A DNA stretch of 64,000 bases, from the NCBI RefSeq assembly GCF_044704955.1, contig NC_091995.1, forward strand, positions 14,136,001-14,200,000. The letters run 5' to 3'. Source of the DNA: Pristiophorus japonicus (Eukaryota). A model generated the notes under the pieces. The model was not told the DNA's origin and did not search any database. It saw only the letters and a program-made list of their open reading frames with translations. Shown here in pieces: positions 34,503 through 47,861 of this stretch (position 1 is the first letter of the stretch; each line of letters starts with the position of its first letter). Made by a program: the position numbers and the translations under genes.

Positions 34503-37422
34503 CATAAGAACATAAGAATTAGGAACAGGAGTAGGCCATCTAGCCCCACGAGCCTGCTCCGCCATTCAATAAGATCATGGCTGATCTGGCCATGGACTCA
34601 GCTCCACTTACCCGCCCGCTCCCCGTAACCCTTAATTCCCTGATTGGTTAAAAATCTATCTATCTGTGATTTGAATACATTCAATGAGCTAGCCTCAACT
34701 GCTTCCTTGGGCAGAGAATTCCACAGATTCACAACCCTCTGGGAGAAGAAATTCCTTCTCAACTCGGTTTTAAATTGGCTCCCCCGTATTTTGAGGCTGT
34801 GCCCCCTAGTTCTAGTCTCCCCGACCAGTGGAAACAACCTCTCTGCCTCTATCTTGTCTATCCCTTTCATGATTTTAAATGTTTCTATAAGATCTGTATT
34901 TGTAATACAGATTGAGGATGAGGAAGTTGTGTCAGAAACGAGCGTACTATGCTTAAACAAAGGGGACTACAGTGGGATGAGGGCAGAGTTGGCTAAAGTA
35001 GACTGGAAACAAGGACTAAACGGTAGCACAATTGAGGAACAGTGGAGGACTTTTAAGGAGCTCTTTCATAATGCGCAACAAAAATATATTCCAGTGAAAA
35101 AGAAGGGCGGCAAGAGAAGAGATAACCAGCCGTGGATAACCAAGGAAATAAAGGAAAGTATCAAATCAAAGACCAATGCGTATAAGGTGGCCAAGGTTAG
35201 TGGGAAACTAGAGGATTGGGAAAATTTTAAGCAACAGCAAAGAATGACTAAAAAAAGCAATAAAGAAAGGGAAGATAGATTATGAAGGTAAACTTGCGCT
35301 AAACATAAAAACAGATAGTAAAAGCTTTTACAGATATATAAAACGGAAAAGAGTGACTAAAGTAAATGTTGGTCCCTTAGAAGATGAAAAGGGGGATTTA
35401 ATAATGGGAAATGTGGAGATGGCTGAGACCTTAAACAATTATTTTGCTTCCGTCTTCACAGTGGAAGACACAAAAACCATGCCAAAAATTGCTGGTCATA
35501 GGAATGTGGGAAGGGAGGACCTTGAGATGATCACTATCACTAGGGAGGTAGTGCTGGACAGACTAATGGGACTGAAGGTAGACAAGTCCCCTGGTCCTGA
35601 TGAAATGCATCCCAGGGTATTAAAAGAGATGGCGGAAGTTATAGCAGATGCATTTGTTATAATCTACCAAAATTCTCTGGACTCTGGGGAGGTACCAGCG
35701 GATTGGAGAGCAGCTAATGTAACGCCTCTGTTTAAAAAAGGGGACAGGCAAAAGGCAGGTAACTATAGGCCGGTTAGTTTAACATCTGTAGTGGGGAAAA
35801 TGCTTGAAACTATCATTAAGGAAGAAATAGCGGGACATCTGGATAGGAATAGTGCAATCAAGCAGACGCAGCATGGATTCATGAAGGGGAAATCATGTTT
35901 AACTAACTTGCTGGAATTCTTTGAGGATATAACGAGCATGGTGGATAGAGGTGTACCGATGGATGTGGTGTATTTAGATTTCCAAAAGGCATTCGATAAG
36001 GTGCCACACAAAAGGTTACTGCTGAAGATAAAGGTACGCGGAGTCAGAGGAAATGTATTAGCATGGATAGAGAATTGGCTGGCGAACAGAAAGCAGAGAG
36101 TCGGGATAAATGGGTCCTTTTCCGGTTGGAAATCAGTGGTTAGTGGTGTGCCACAGGGATCAGTACTGGGACCACAACTGTTTACAATATACATAGATGA
36201 CCTAGAAGAGGGGACAGAGTGTAGTGCAACAAAATTTGCAGATGACACTAAGATTAGTGGGAAAGCGGGTTGTGTAGAGGACACAGAAAGGCTACAAGGA
36301 GATTTGGATAGGTTAAGCGAATGGGCTAAGGTTTGGCAGATGGAATATAATGTCGAAAAGTGTGAGGTCATCCACCTTGGTAAAAAAAACAGTAAAAGGG
36401 AATATTATTTGAATGGGGAGAAATTACAACATGCTGTGGTGCAGAGGGACCTGGGGGTCCTTGTGCATGAATCCCAAAAGGTTAGTTTGCAGGTGCAGCA
36501 GGTAATCAGGAAGGCAAATGGAATGTTGGCCTTCATTGCGAAAGGGATGGGGTACAAAAGCAGGGAGGTGTTGCTGCAACTGTATAAGGTATTGGTAAGG
36601 CCGCACCTGGAGTACTGCGTGCAGTTTTGGTCACCTTACTTAAGGAAGGATATACTAGCTTTGGAAGGGGTACAGAGACGATTCACTAGGTTGATTCGAG
36701 AAATGAGGGGGTTACCTTATGATAGATTGAGTAGACTGGGTCTTTACTCGTTGGAGTTCAGAAGGATGAGGGGTGATCTTATAGAAACATTTAAAATCAT
36801 GAAAGGGATAGACAAGATAGAGGCAGAGAGGTTGTTTCCATTGGTGGGGGAGACTAGAACTAGGGGGCACAGCCTTAAAATACGGAGGAGCCAATTTAAA
36901 ACCGAGTTGAGAAGGAATTTCTTCTCCCAGAGGGCTGTGATCTGTGGAATTCTCTGCCCAAGGAAGCAGTTGAGGCTAGCTCATTGAATGTTTTCAAGTC
37001 AAAGATAGATAGATTTTTAACCAATAAGGGAATTAAGGGTTACGGGGAGAGGGCGGGTAAGTGGAGCTGAGTCCACGACCAGATCAGCTATGATCTTATT
37101 GAATGGCGGAGCAGGCTCGAGGGGCTAGATGGCCTACTCCTGTTCCTAATTCTTATGTTCTTATGTTCTTATCACCCCTCATCCTTCTGAACTCCAATGA
37201 GTAATGACCCAGTCTACTCAATCTATCATCATAAGGTAACCCCCTCATCTCCAGAACCAGCCTAGTGAATCGTCTCTGTACCCCCTCCAAAGCCAGTATA
37301 TCCTTCCTTAAGTAAGGTGACCAAAACTGCACGCAGTACTCCAGGTGCGGCCTTACCAATACCCTATACAGTTGCAGCAGGACCTCACTGCTTTTGTACT
37401 CCATCCCTCTCGCAATGAAGGC
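34503..37422. mobile_element. Plus-strand CR1 (34895-37170, 544-aa RT ORF) nested in an antisense CR1 of the same subfamily, inside a tRNA-SINE
   Basis: Minus-strand copy split between 34503-34894 and 37171-37422. SINE head at 34465-34502, SINE body from ~37426. Confidence 0.9.
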
Positions 37423-37929
37423 AATGAAGCTTGTGGGTCCAAGTCCCACTCCAGAGACTTGAGCACAAAAAAAAAAGGCTGATACTCCCAGAACAGAACT
37501 GAGGGATTGCTGCACTGTTAGAGGTGCCGTATTTCAGATGAGCTGTTGAACTGAGGCCCTGTCTGCTCTCTCAGGAGAACACAAAAGGTTCCGTGGCCCT
37601 ATTTCGGAGAAGAGTAGGGGAGCTTTCCCCAATGTCTTGGCCAATATTCAACTTCAATCAACATCATTAAAGAAACAGATGATCTGGTCAATGTCACATG
37701 GCTGTTTGTGGGAGCTTGCTGTGCGCAAATTGCCTGCCGCGTTTCCCACATTACAACAGTGACTACACTCCAAAAAAAAAAGTACTTAATTGGCTGTAAA
37801 TCGCTTTGAGACACCCCGAGGTTGTGAAAGATGCTTCATAAATGGAAGTTTTTATTTCTTTCTATGATTCCAGGTGCAATTATTGTCTGAAGGGGCCGCA
37901 GCCCAGCTTCCGGTTGTGGTCCTCACGGA

Positions 37930-38496
37930 TCAGCGAGCACACAAAGACAAGCAGGTCAGAGGGACAGCAGGTGGGAAGCACATTGGCTTGGCAAAATCAA
38001 CGACGCAACAGTCCGGGGGCCTGGAGGAGCCCATGTTCCACATTTTTATGGGGGGGGTGTGAGGTTGCAGCCCCTCTTCCATTATTTGGAGGGGCTGCTC
38101 CTCGATATCTGGCTGCACTTCAGCCCCCCGCTCCTGATCTTTGGGCACCCGGTGCGGAGGGGAGCGGGCAGGTCGGAGGGCCTCCTCGTGGGACTGCTCC
38201 CGGGCCCGGCCAAGGTGGCCATTATCCGGTCCAGACAGCTGGCGGTCGCTCGGCCCGACTACCTGCCTCTCTTCCGTGGCTACGTTCGCGCCCAGCCTCC
38301 CTGGAGATGGAGCATGCTGCCTTCCGCGACTGGTGGGCATCGTGCCACTGGAGAGCAGCATCGTAATCGGAAGCAGAATTTTAATTTGGTTTGTTAAGGT
38401 TCCCTTTGACGTTCATTTGTTAATTTGTGTGTTCTAGTGGTTGTGCCCCTTTTAACAAGGGGGCACCCCGTTGAATTGTATGATTTAAAAAGAGTT
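37930..38496 (+). mobile_element. Tx1-clade LINE 3' fragment
   Basis: RLQPLFHYLEGLLLDIWLHFSP, ending AAAAAGAGTT. Confidence 0.75.
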
Positions 38497-40961
38497 ACCA
38501 GAGTCCGGGAAAGGCAGAATGACTGAATATTGCTTCTCCGAATGCTTGCACACTTTTCAAGCATTGATATGCAGCTGGGCCGCTAATGCTAGAGTGCTGG
38601 TACTCGATACCCACAGCTCTACCAGAGGGCCTGTGCAGAGCTTGGCACGGCACCCAACAGGCAGCCAAGTTAAACTCAATCTCACCTTTATAACTTGAGC
38701 TGCTGCATACTTACCGTGGGATTTCACTTTTTGACTGGTCATCTACGTTTATTGTCGCGGCCCTCCTCTCTGTTTACAGGCAATTGGAGATGGCAGTTTA
38801 AGCAATAAAAAAAAACTGTAACTTAACAAAAAATTAAAAGGAAACTTAACAAATTAAATTACATTCCTTTTTTAAAGTATTTTAAAATACTATTTCCTTG
38901 GACCCTAGGTGATTTTTAAAAATTCGCATACAGCACGTGGGAGTCACTGGCAAGGCCGGTATTTATTGCCCATCCCTAATTGCCCTTGAGAAGATGGTGG
39001 TGAGCTGCCTTCTTGAACCGCTGCAGTCCGTGTGGTGAAGGTACTCTCACAGTGCTGACTTTGTTATAGCAGTTTGTTACAACTGATTGGCTCGCTATGC
39101 CATTTCAGAGGGCAGTTAAGAGTCAACCACATTGCTGTGAATCTGGAGTCACAAATAGGCCAGCCCGGTAAGGACGGCAGGTTTTCTTCCTTTAAAAGGA
39201 CATTAGTGAACCAGATGGATTTTTACCACAATCTGATAGTTTCATGGTCAACATTACTGATGCTGGCTTTTTAATTCCAGATTTATTTACTTAACTGATT
39301 TTAAATTCCCCAGATCATTACTGCAGGCCTGTGGCTTACTAATCCAGTAATATAACCACCATGCTACCATACCCATGATGACGCACTCCAGACCTCAATT
39401 GAAGATGTTGACTCTTTTAAATGCTGGCAATTGCCAATTTAAAGTCAAGCATGTGGCTCCTTTTTAAAGGGGCACAACCAATAAAACTTGTACATTAACA
39501 AAAAAAGTTTAAAGGAACAAATTAAATTAAAATTCTATTCCCGCGGGTGATGGTGCACTCCAGTCCCCAATCGGAGATGCTGGTGGTGCTTTGCCAATCC
39601 CATCAATCACCTAGCCGTGCAAAAACAAGTTAAGCTTATTTTCAATTAACTTTAAGAAGTGGCTATCATCAATCACTCCCAATGGGAATGCTGAGATCTT
39701 AGCCCAAGAGTTACCTCGTGGTGTTCAAAAAAGATAACAAATGTAAACTCTATTAAACACATCTTTAGGCCGCTCCTGACTGAGTTCACAATAAATGATG
39801 ATGCATCTCTTCTTATTCTTTACCCCAAACAAAACTATTTCACCAACCTTCCCTCCTCCCCATGGCAACAATGCCCTTTTAAGACGCCCTACCTCACCCA
39901 CCAGCTCTCCCCATGCTACCTGCTAAAGCAGACAAGAATTAGCCAGTCCCAACACCTAGCTAACTTCACGAAAATTAGATCCCTTAAAGGGGAAACAGAA
40001 TAAAAATAGAAACAAGGTAAGTTTAGGTCAGATAAAGATTGGGAAGATTGAGAGGAGATTTGATAGAGGGGGCTGAACAGAGTAGATAGAGAGAAAGTGT
40101 TCCCTTTGGCGGAAGGGTCCAGAACCAGAGGGGACAGATTTAAGGTGATCGGCAGAAGAACTAAAGGCGACGTAAGAAAAAAAACTGATTTGCGCAGCGA
40201 GTGGTTAGGATCAGGAATGCACTGCCTGAAAGGGTGATGAAGGCAGACTCAATCGTGGCTTTCAAAAGGGAATTGGATAAGTACCTGAAGGAAAATAAAT
40301 TTGCAGAGCTATGGGGAAAAGGCGGGGGAGAGTCAGCACGGGCTCGGTATGCCGAATGGCCTTCTTCCATGCTGTAACCATTCTATTCTAAAGCTGCTGA
40401 GGCTGGGGATATCAATTGAAAAAGCTGAGATTGATAGTGGTTTATTAGGCGAGGGTATTTAAAAAAAAATTAGTTCCTGGGATGTGGACGTCACTGGCAA
40501 GGCCAGCATTTATTACCCATTGCTAACTGCCCTTGAGATGGTGGTGGTAAGCCACCTTCTTCACAGTTTTGTCCAACTGAGTGACTGGCTCGACCATTTA
40601 AGGGGGCAGTTAAGAGTCAACCACATTGCTGTGGGTCTGGAGTCACATATAGGCCAGACCGGGTAAGGACAGCAGATTTCCTTCCCTAAAAAGAAATTAG
40701 TGAACCAGGTGGGTTTTTAGAACAATCCAATACTTTCATGGTCACTATTACTGATATTACTAACACTAGCTTTTTATTCCAGATTCATTAAATTAACTGA
40801 ATTTAAACTTCCCCCCAGCTGCCATGGTGGGATTTGAACTTGCATCTACTCACCAGTCCAGGCCTCTAGATTACTAAGCCAGTGACAGAAGCACTATGCT
40901 ACTGTTCCCAAATTGCAGAAGCAAGGGCAGCTAGATGGATATCAGCCACAATCCAATTGAA

Positions 40962-41722
40962 ACTCTTTTGAGTTTACCTGCAAAACATAAAACATTAAGA
41001 CCATGCCACCCGACCTGGGTGACACAGCAGACATTTTCAAGGCCCCTTTTTTTTTTTTAATTATTTTTTTGGTTTTTTTTTTGGGGCGCTAAAATCAAAT
41101 TTTCCCAGTGCCCCCTATAAAAGGGGAGGGGGACACTAAAAGCACCGGCAATTAAAACAAATTAAACTTTAAAACGTAAAATCAAATTAAAATTTGGTTG
41201 CCGGGCGTGATGATGCACTCCAGTCCCTCCGGTGCCCACCTCTCACGGAAGGCCGCGAGCGTACCGGTGGACAACGCGTGCTCCATCTCCAAGGACACCC
41301 TGGACCGGATGTAAGAGCGGAAGAGAGGCAGGCAGTCAGGTTGAACGACCCCCTCGACCGCCCGCTGCCTGGACCGGCTGATGGCACCCTTGGCCGTGCC
41401 CAGGAGCAGTCCTACGAGGAGGCCTTCGGACCTACCCGCTCCCCTCCGCACAGGGTGCCCAAAGATCAGGAGAGTGGGACTGAAGTGCAGCCAGAATTTC
41501 AGGAGCAGCCCCTTCAAATAGTGGAACAGGGGCTGCAACCTTGTGCACTCCATAAAAACATGGAACACGGACTCCTCCAGACCGCAGAAATTGCAGGCGG
41601 CCTGGGAGTCCGTGAACCGGCTTAAAAATTTATTGCACGGCACTGCTCCGTGCACCACCCTCCAGGCCAAGTCCCCAATGAATAGTGGGAGGACCCCTGC
41701 GTAGAGTGCCCTCCATCGGGGA
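40962..41722 (-). mobile_element. Tx1-clade LINE 3' fragment with 14-bp TSD
   Basis: zf-RVT-like WRVVHGAVPCN..CNFCGLEESVFHVFMEC. TSD ACAATCCAATTGAA at 40948-40961 and 41723-41736. Confidence 0.9.
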
Positions 41723-44479
41723 ACAATCCAATTGAATGGCAGAACAGGCTCAAGCAGCTGAATGGCCTCTTCCTATGATTTAACTTTGCCCCTTACAAAA
41801 AAGTTTTCATCTTCCCAGGCAAAACCACGAGCAAAGAGTTGGAGGGGCAGTGGGATGGGTGGGGCAGGGGGAGGAACATTTTGTAGCACTTGCTCAACTG
41901 TAATTGTCCAGCAAATTGGTCAGGTGGCAAATAGTTTGCGTAATGGGAGCCGATATAATGGTCACTCTCTGTGTGCTGTAATCTGTAGGGGCGCAACCCC
42001 TTCCCCCCAAAAAAACATCCCATTCATTCTCCTAGTGCTGTCACCAATGCACAGTTTAAACCACATCCTTTGGGGGGAAAGAAGTAACTCAAGCCCTTAA
42101 GGAATGAAAGGGTGACTGTTGCAAAGTTTCCATGTCAGCGATCCTGGCTATTGGCAACGGCCGCGCCCTCAACCTGAGATTTTTTTTTTCCTGATCGAAT
42201 AGTCAGAAAATTATGGGCTGGATGGGTGTGTGATTTCCTGAAACACACCCAGCTTAGGCCAGGGGAGCTAAATTGGAAAATCTGAACCATAAGTTTACAA
42301 CTTGGGATACATATAAGCACCTTGGGATGGTAAGAACAAGAACATTAGAAATAGGAGCAGGAGTAGGCCATACGGCCCTCGAGCCTGCTCCGCCATTCAA
42401 TAAGACCATGGCTGATCTGATCTTGGCCTCAACTCCACTTATCTGCCCGCTCCCCATAACTCTTGACTCCCTTATCATTTAAAAATCTGTCTGTCTCCAC
42501 ATTAAATATTTTCTGGAGCTCTGGAACTCCCTGCCTAAACCTTTATCTCTCTTTCCTCCTTCGAGACACTCCTTAAAACCTACCTCTCTGACCAAGCTAT
42601 TGGTCACCTGCGCTAATGTCTTCTTATATGGCTCGGCGTCAATTTTTTTGTCCCATAATACTCCTGCAAAGCATCTTGGGACATTTCACTACGTTAAAGG
42701 TGCTATACAAATACAGCAGCAGATGAGCTGAGACAAGGGCAGAGACAGGCAATGTTATAGAGGTGGAAATAGACAGTCTTAGTTATGCCACAGACATGTG
42801 GCCAGAAGCTAATTTCAGGGTCAAATATGACACCAAGGTTGCAAACAGTCTGGTTTATCCTCGGACAGAAGTTGGGGAGAAGGGTGGAGGGATAATATAG
42901 AAACATAGAAAATAGGTGCAGGAGCAGGCCATTCGAGCCTGCACCACCATTCAATATGATCATGGCTGATCATGCAACTTCAGTACCCCATTCCTGCCTT
43001 CTCCCCATACCCTCTGATCCCTTTAGCCGTAAGGGCCACATGTAACTCCCTTTTTAATATATCCAACGAACTGGACTCAGCAACTTTCTGTGGTAGAGAA
43101 TTCCACAGGTTCACAATTCTCTGGGTGAAAAAGTTTCTCCTCATCTCGGTCCTATATGGCTTACCCCTTATCCTTAGACTGTGACCCCTGGTTCTGGACT
43201 TCCCCAGCATCAGGAACATTCTTCTGATATCTAACCTGTCCAATCCCAGCCACAAGAAGCAGCCACACCCACTCCCAACAGAATGCCCCAACTTCACAAA
43301 GGTCAAGTGGAAGCAGGACCTCCCCCAGTCCCAGCCTCAACCCCTTGCTTCTATATTCAATGGGCATTCTTGTTCCATTCTGCCAAACCCTGCAACTTCA
43401 GGGCCTGAAACCTTCAACATTGAGATCAGAAAAAACCTTCCTACTCTCCTTAATTGCCAATTAGGAGGACACTGAGTTGCCCCAGTCTCATCAACCCAAA
43501 TCAGAGTAATTGAACAATAATTCAGTCTTTTTAAAGGGACAAACAACAAAAACCCCAAATCATACTGTTTCCTGGTATCGACATTGCCCCTTTAGTCTCT
43601 CTGGACCATCGGTCACAGAAAGCCTCAAGCAAGGAAAAAAAAACCTTTCTAGTTTGTGTGCGGACTTGAAAATAATAATTCCTCACCACATCAAATAAGT
43701 CGATTACCTCTTTAAGAAAATATCTGGCTCACACAAGAGATTATCAGGTGGGGTGTTTGCAGCCAATGAGAACAAAATGAATCTGGGATAAAACCACAGA
43801 CCCCTCCTCATTTGCTTTTACTGGGTTGGATCAGTTTTTTTTATAAATGATACTGGTATGAAGGTCCTGTTCGATATTGTGGTGAAGTTTTTATTTAATT
43901 CTGTAAACAAGCTTTAAGCTATCCGGTATGTATTTGTGGTGAGGTTCCAATAACAACTTAAGCTGTCGTTGATTGATTCATGTGGTAGCGGTTTAGAACT
44001 CTTCCTCAATTGCTGGTTCAATTGTTAATTTTAAATCTGAGATTGATTAAAATTTTTTTAACCGAAGATATTAAGGGATATGGGGTAAGTGCGGAGTTTG
44101 GTCACAGGACAGCCATGATCTCATGAATGGTGGAACAGGCTCGAGGGGCTGAATGGCCTCCTCCTGTTCCTATTTAGGATGAGGGTGTCACTGGCTGGGC
44201 CAGTGTTTATTGCTCATCCCTAATTGCCATTGAGAAGGTCCAGCCCTTTCAGAGGGGCAGTTAAGAAACCTTGTTGTGTGTGTCTGGAGTCACATAGGCC
44301 AGACCAGATCAGGACATCCGATTTCCTTCCCTAAAGGACATACTGTTTTTTTTAAATTCCAGATTTAATTACCTGAATTTAAAGTCCACAGCTGCCGTGA
44401 TGGGATTTGAGCTAGTGTACTCCTGTTCAGTAGCCACTAGTCCAGTGACATAACTACTATGCTAGTGTTTTCATTTTTT

Positions 44480-44871
44480 TAAACCGTGCTTGTCTCCTTA
44501 TTGTGGTAAAATTTGTATCTGACCGTGAGGATGCTCTCCTTCAGTTTCAACTGGTCATGAATGAGTTCAGTCAGCTCCTCGTATGACTTGTCCCTGGCGC
44601 TCCCGGGTGCCAGCAAATCCCATCCTCGTTGCCAATGTGGTGTATGTAGCACACAAATCACTGACTCCACACGGTCTGGTGTAAATCTAACTGGTGTGAC
44701 CTTCGTCCTTTATTGTTCAGCTCCAGAGTGCCTCTCAGGTGTGGTGGTCAGACTTTTATAGTGCCTGTTGCAGGTACTTCCAGGTTTCCCACCACAGCGC
44801 CCTCTGTGGTGTAGCATTGTGCTTACATTACATTTAAGGTACCAGGACGATACACACATCAATACATAACA
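44480..44871 (-). mobile_element. Truncated Gypsy: LTR (44636-44871), PBS and gag fragment
   Basis: PBS TGGCAACGAGGATGGG at 44619-44634, gag LLAPGSARDKSYEELTELIHDQLKLKESIL. Confidence 0.8.
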
Positions 44872-45124
44872 CTTATCAGGAACAATTTCAGCCAGTAACT
44901 CAACGTGGTTTTATTGGGATTCAAATGATAACTAGGTTGCTGATCCTCCTTGCCTACAGCTTTAGATATTCTCCATGACATTATTGTTTACAGTCTACCA
45001 CTGCCTAGATTTCCCTTGCAGGTGTCTGAGCTGATGTTAGATGCTCCATTCATTTGATTTCTGATGGAGCCCTTGGGGAAGAGATTATTACCTTGACATG
45101 GTTCCAATATTACCACTAGGTGAC

Positions 45125-45555
45125 AGTGTTGGCTTGGCAGTAGCCTCTGAATCAGAGGGTTGTGGGTTCAAGCCCCACTCCAAAGATTTGAGCACACATG
45201 ACCCTCCAGTGCAATACTGAGGGAGTGCTGCACTGTGGGCAGTGCTGGCTTTTTTTGGAAAACATGTTAAACCAAGTCTTTCTCAGCTGGATGTAAATGA
45301 ACCCCCAGCACTATTTTGAGGAAGAGCATGGGACTTCTCCCTGGTGTCCTGGGCCAATATTTATCCTTCAACCAACACCTTTAAAAACAGATGATCTGGT
45401 CATTAGCACCTGGCGGTCTGTGGGAGCATAAAAAATGGCTGCTGTGTTTCCTACATTGCACCAGTGACTGCACTCAAAGTACTTCATTGGTTGTAAAGCA
45501 CTTTGGGACATCCAGAAGTCATGAAAGGTGCTGTATAAATGCAAGTTCTTTCTCT
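45125..45555 (+). mobile_element. tRNA-derived SINE
   Basis: B-box-like ggttcaagccc at ~45166 and the same body and tail as other SINE copies. Confidence 0.75.
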
Positions 45556-45599
45556 TTATTTCTGTTGGTGCCCTCTGCTGGAGAGGTTCTGTATTACCA

Positions 45600-46115
45600 C
45601 CTGGGCGCACCAACATTAGCGCCCTCGACCAGGCCAACATCCCCAGCACTGAAGCACTGACCACACTCGATCAGCTCTGCTGGGTTGGCCACATAGTTCG
45701 CATGCCAGACACGAGACTCCCAAAGCAAGTGCTCTACGCGGAACTCCTTCTCTGCAAATGAGCCAAAGGTGGGTAGCAGAAATGTTACAAGGACACCCTC
45801 AAAGCCTCCCTGATCAAATGCGATATCTCCACTGACACCTGGGAGTCCCTGGCCAAAGACCACCCTAAGTGGAGGGAGTACATCCGGGAGGGCACTGAGC
45901 ACCTCGAGTGTCATCACCGAGAGCATGTAAAAATCAAGCACAGACAGCGGAAAGAGCGTGCGGCAAACCTGTCCCATTCACCCCTTCCCTCAACGACTAT
46001 CTGTCCTACCTGTGACAGGGACTGTGGCTCTCTTATTGGACTGTTCAGCCACCAAATAACTCTCTTCAGGAGTGGAAGCAAGTCTTCCTCGATTCCGAGG
46101 GACTGCCCGTGATGA
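45600..46115 (+). mobile_element. RTE LINE 3' fragment
   Basis: WVGHIVRMPDTRLPKQ, tail gagggactgcccgtgatga. Confidence 0.85.
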
Positions 46116-46407
46116 TCACCATTCAATCTGCGGTAGCTTATTAGAATAATCAAGCGTTGTTTTATAATTGGAGCTTTCGGGGTTGAATTTGCTAAATATT
46201 GTGATTTTGTATGATCAGTGCTACTTGCGATCAATGAGACAGTAGATTGAGAGAAACTGTTCCCTTTGGCTGAAGAGTTGAAAACCAGTGGGATGATTGT
46301 CAGAAGATCCAAAGGTGACATGAGGCAAACCTATTTTACACAGCGAGTGGTTGGGATGTGGAATGCACTGCCTGAGAGGGTGATGGAGGCGGATTCAATT
46401 GTTGCTT

Positions 46408-47415
46408 TCATCATCATCATAGGCAATCCCTGAGAATCGGAAGACTTGCTTCCACTCTTAAAATGAGTCCTTGGGTGGCTGAACAGTCCAATACAAGAGC
46501 CACAGTCCCTGTTACAGGTGGGACAGGTAGTCGTTGAGGGAAAGGGTGGGTGGGACAAGTTTGCCGCACGCTCTTTCCGCTTCCTGCACTTGATTTCTGC
46601 ATGCTCTCAGCGATGAGACTCCGTGCTCGTCGCCCTCCTGGATGCACTGCCTCCACTTAGGGCAGTCTTTGGCCAGGGACTCCCAGGTGTCAGTGGAGAT
46701 GTTGCACTTAATCAGGGAGGCTTTGAAGATGTCCTTGTAACGTTTCCTCTGCCCACCTTTGGCTCGTTTGCCGTGAAGGAATTCCAAATAGAGCGCTTGC
46801 TTTGGGAGTCTCATGTCTGGCATGTGGACAATGTGGCCTGTCCAGCGGCACTGATCAAGTGTGCTCAGGGATTCAATGCTGGGGACACTGGCCTGGTCGA
46901 GGACGCTGATGTTGGTGCGCCTGTCCTCCCAGGGGATTTGTAGGATCTTGCGGAGACATCGTTGGTGGTATTTCTCCAGCGACTTGAGGTGTCTACTGTA
47001 CACGGTCCATGTCTCTGAGCCATACAGGAGGGCGGGTATTACTACAGCCCTGTAGACCATGAGCCTGGTGACAGTTTTGAGGGCCTAGTCTTCAAACACT
47101 CTTTTCCTCAGGCGGCCGAAGGCTGCACTGGCGCACTGGAGGCACTGTTGATCTCGTTATCAATGTCTGCTCTTGTTAAGAGGCTCTCCAAGGTATGGGA
47201 AATGGTCCACATTGTCCAGGGCTGCGTCGTGGATCTTGATGACTATGGGGCAGTGCTGTGCGGTGAGGACAGGCTGGTGGAGGACCTTTTATTTTACGGA
47301 TGTTTAGCATAAGGCCCATGCTTTTGTACGCCTCAGTAAATACGTCGACTATGTCCTTGAGTTCAGCCTCTGTGTGCAAACGCAGGCGTTGTTAGCGTAC
47401 TGTAGCTCGACAACT
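46408..47415 (-). mobile_element. RTE LINE fragment
   Basis: YRAVVIPALLYGSETWT..YHQRCLRKILQIPW, (TGA)n tail. Confidence 0.9.
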
Positions 47416-47823
47416 GAGGGTGATGGAGGCAGATTCAATTGTGGCTTTCAAAAGGGAGTTGGCTAAGTACCTGAAGGAGAAAAAATTGCAAGGCAATGGG
47501 GAAAAGCCGGCATGGGCTCAACGGGCCGAATGGCCTTCTTCAGTGCTGTAACTATTCTAAAGTATTCTTCAGTGGCGTCCAAGCCATGATTTATTCATGA
47601 TCATGATTGGTAGATGCCCTGAACTCTACGGGTACCATGCCCTCTAAGTGGACCAAGATGGTCCGTGTCAAAGGTCTTCTAGTATTGTTGGTTTCAAATG
47701 TCTACACCTCCTCCTTGACAGGTAAACCTGAAGAACATCATCAGTGATGTGGGTGGGCAGTCTGAGTCACCAAGCGGCAGATGCCAACAGTGGGTACAAA
47801 CTGCTCTGTGCTCTGGTGAGTGC

Positions 47824-47861
<38 letters not shown>

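Noticed and set aside
35353-36987. 544-aa RT ORF as an active or domesticated gene
   Set aside because: It is a 5'-truncated CR1 lacking most of the endonuclease, with frameshifts at both ends.
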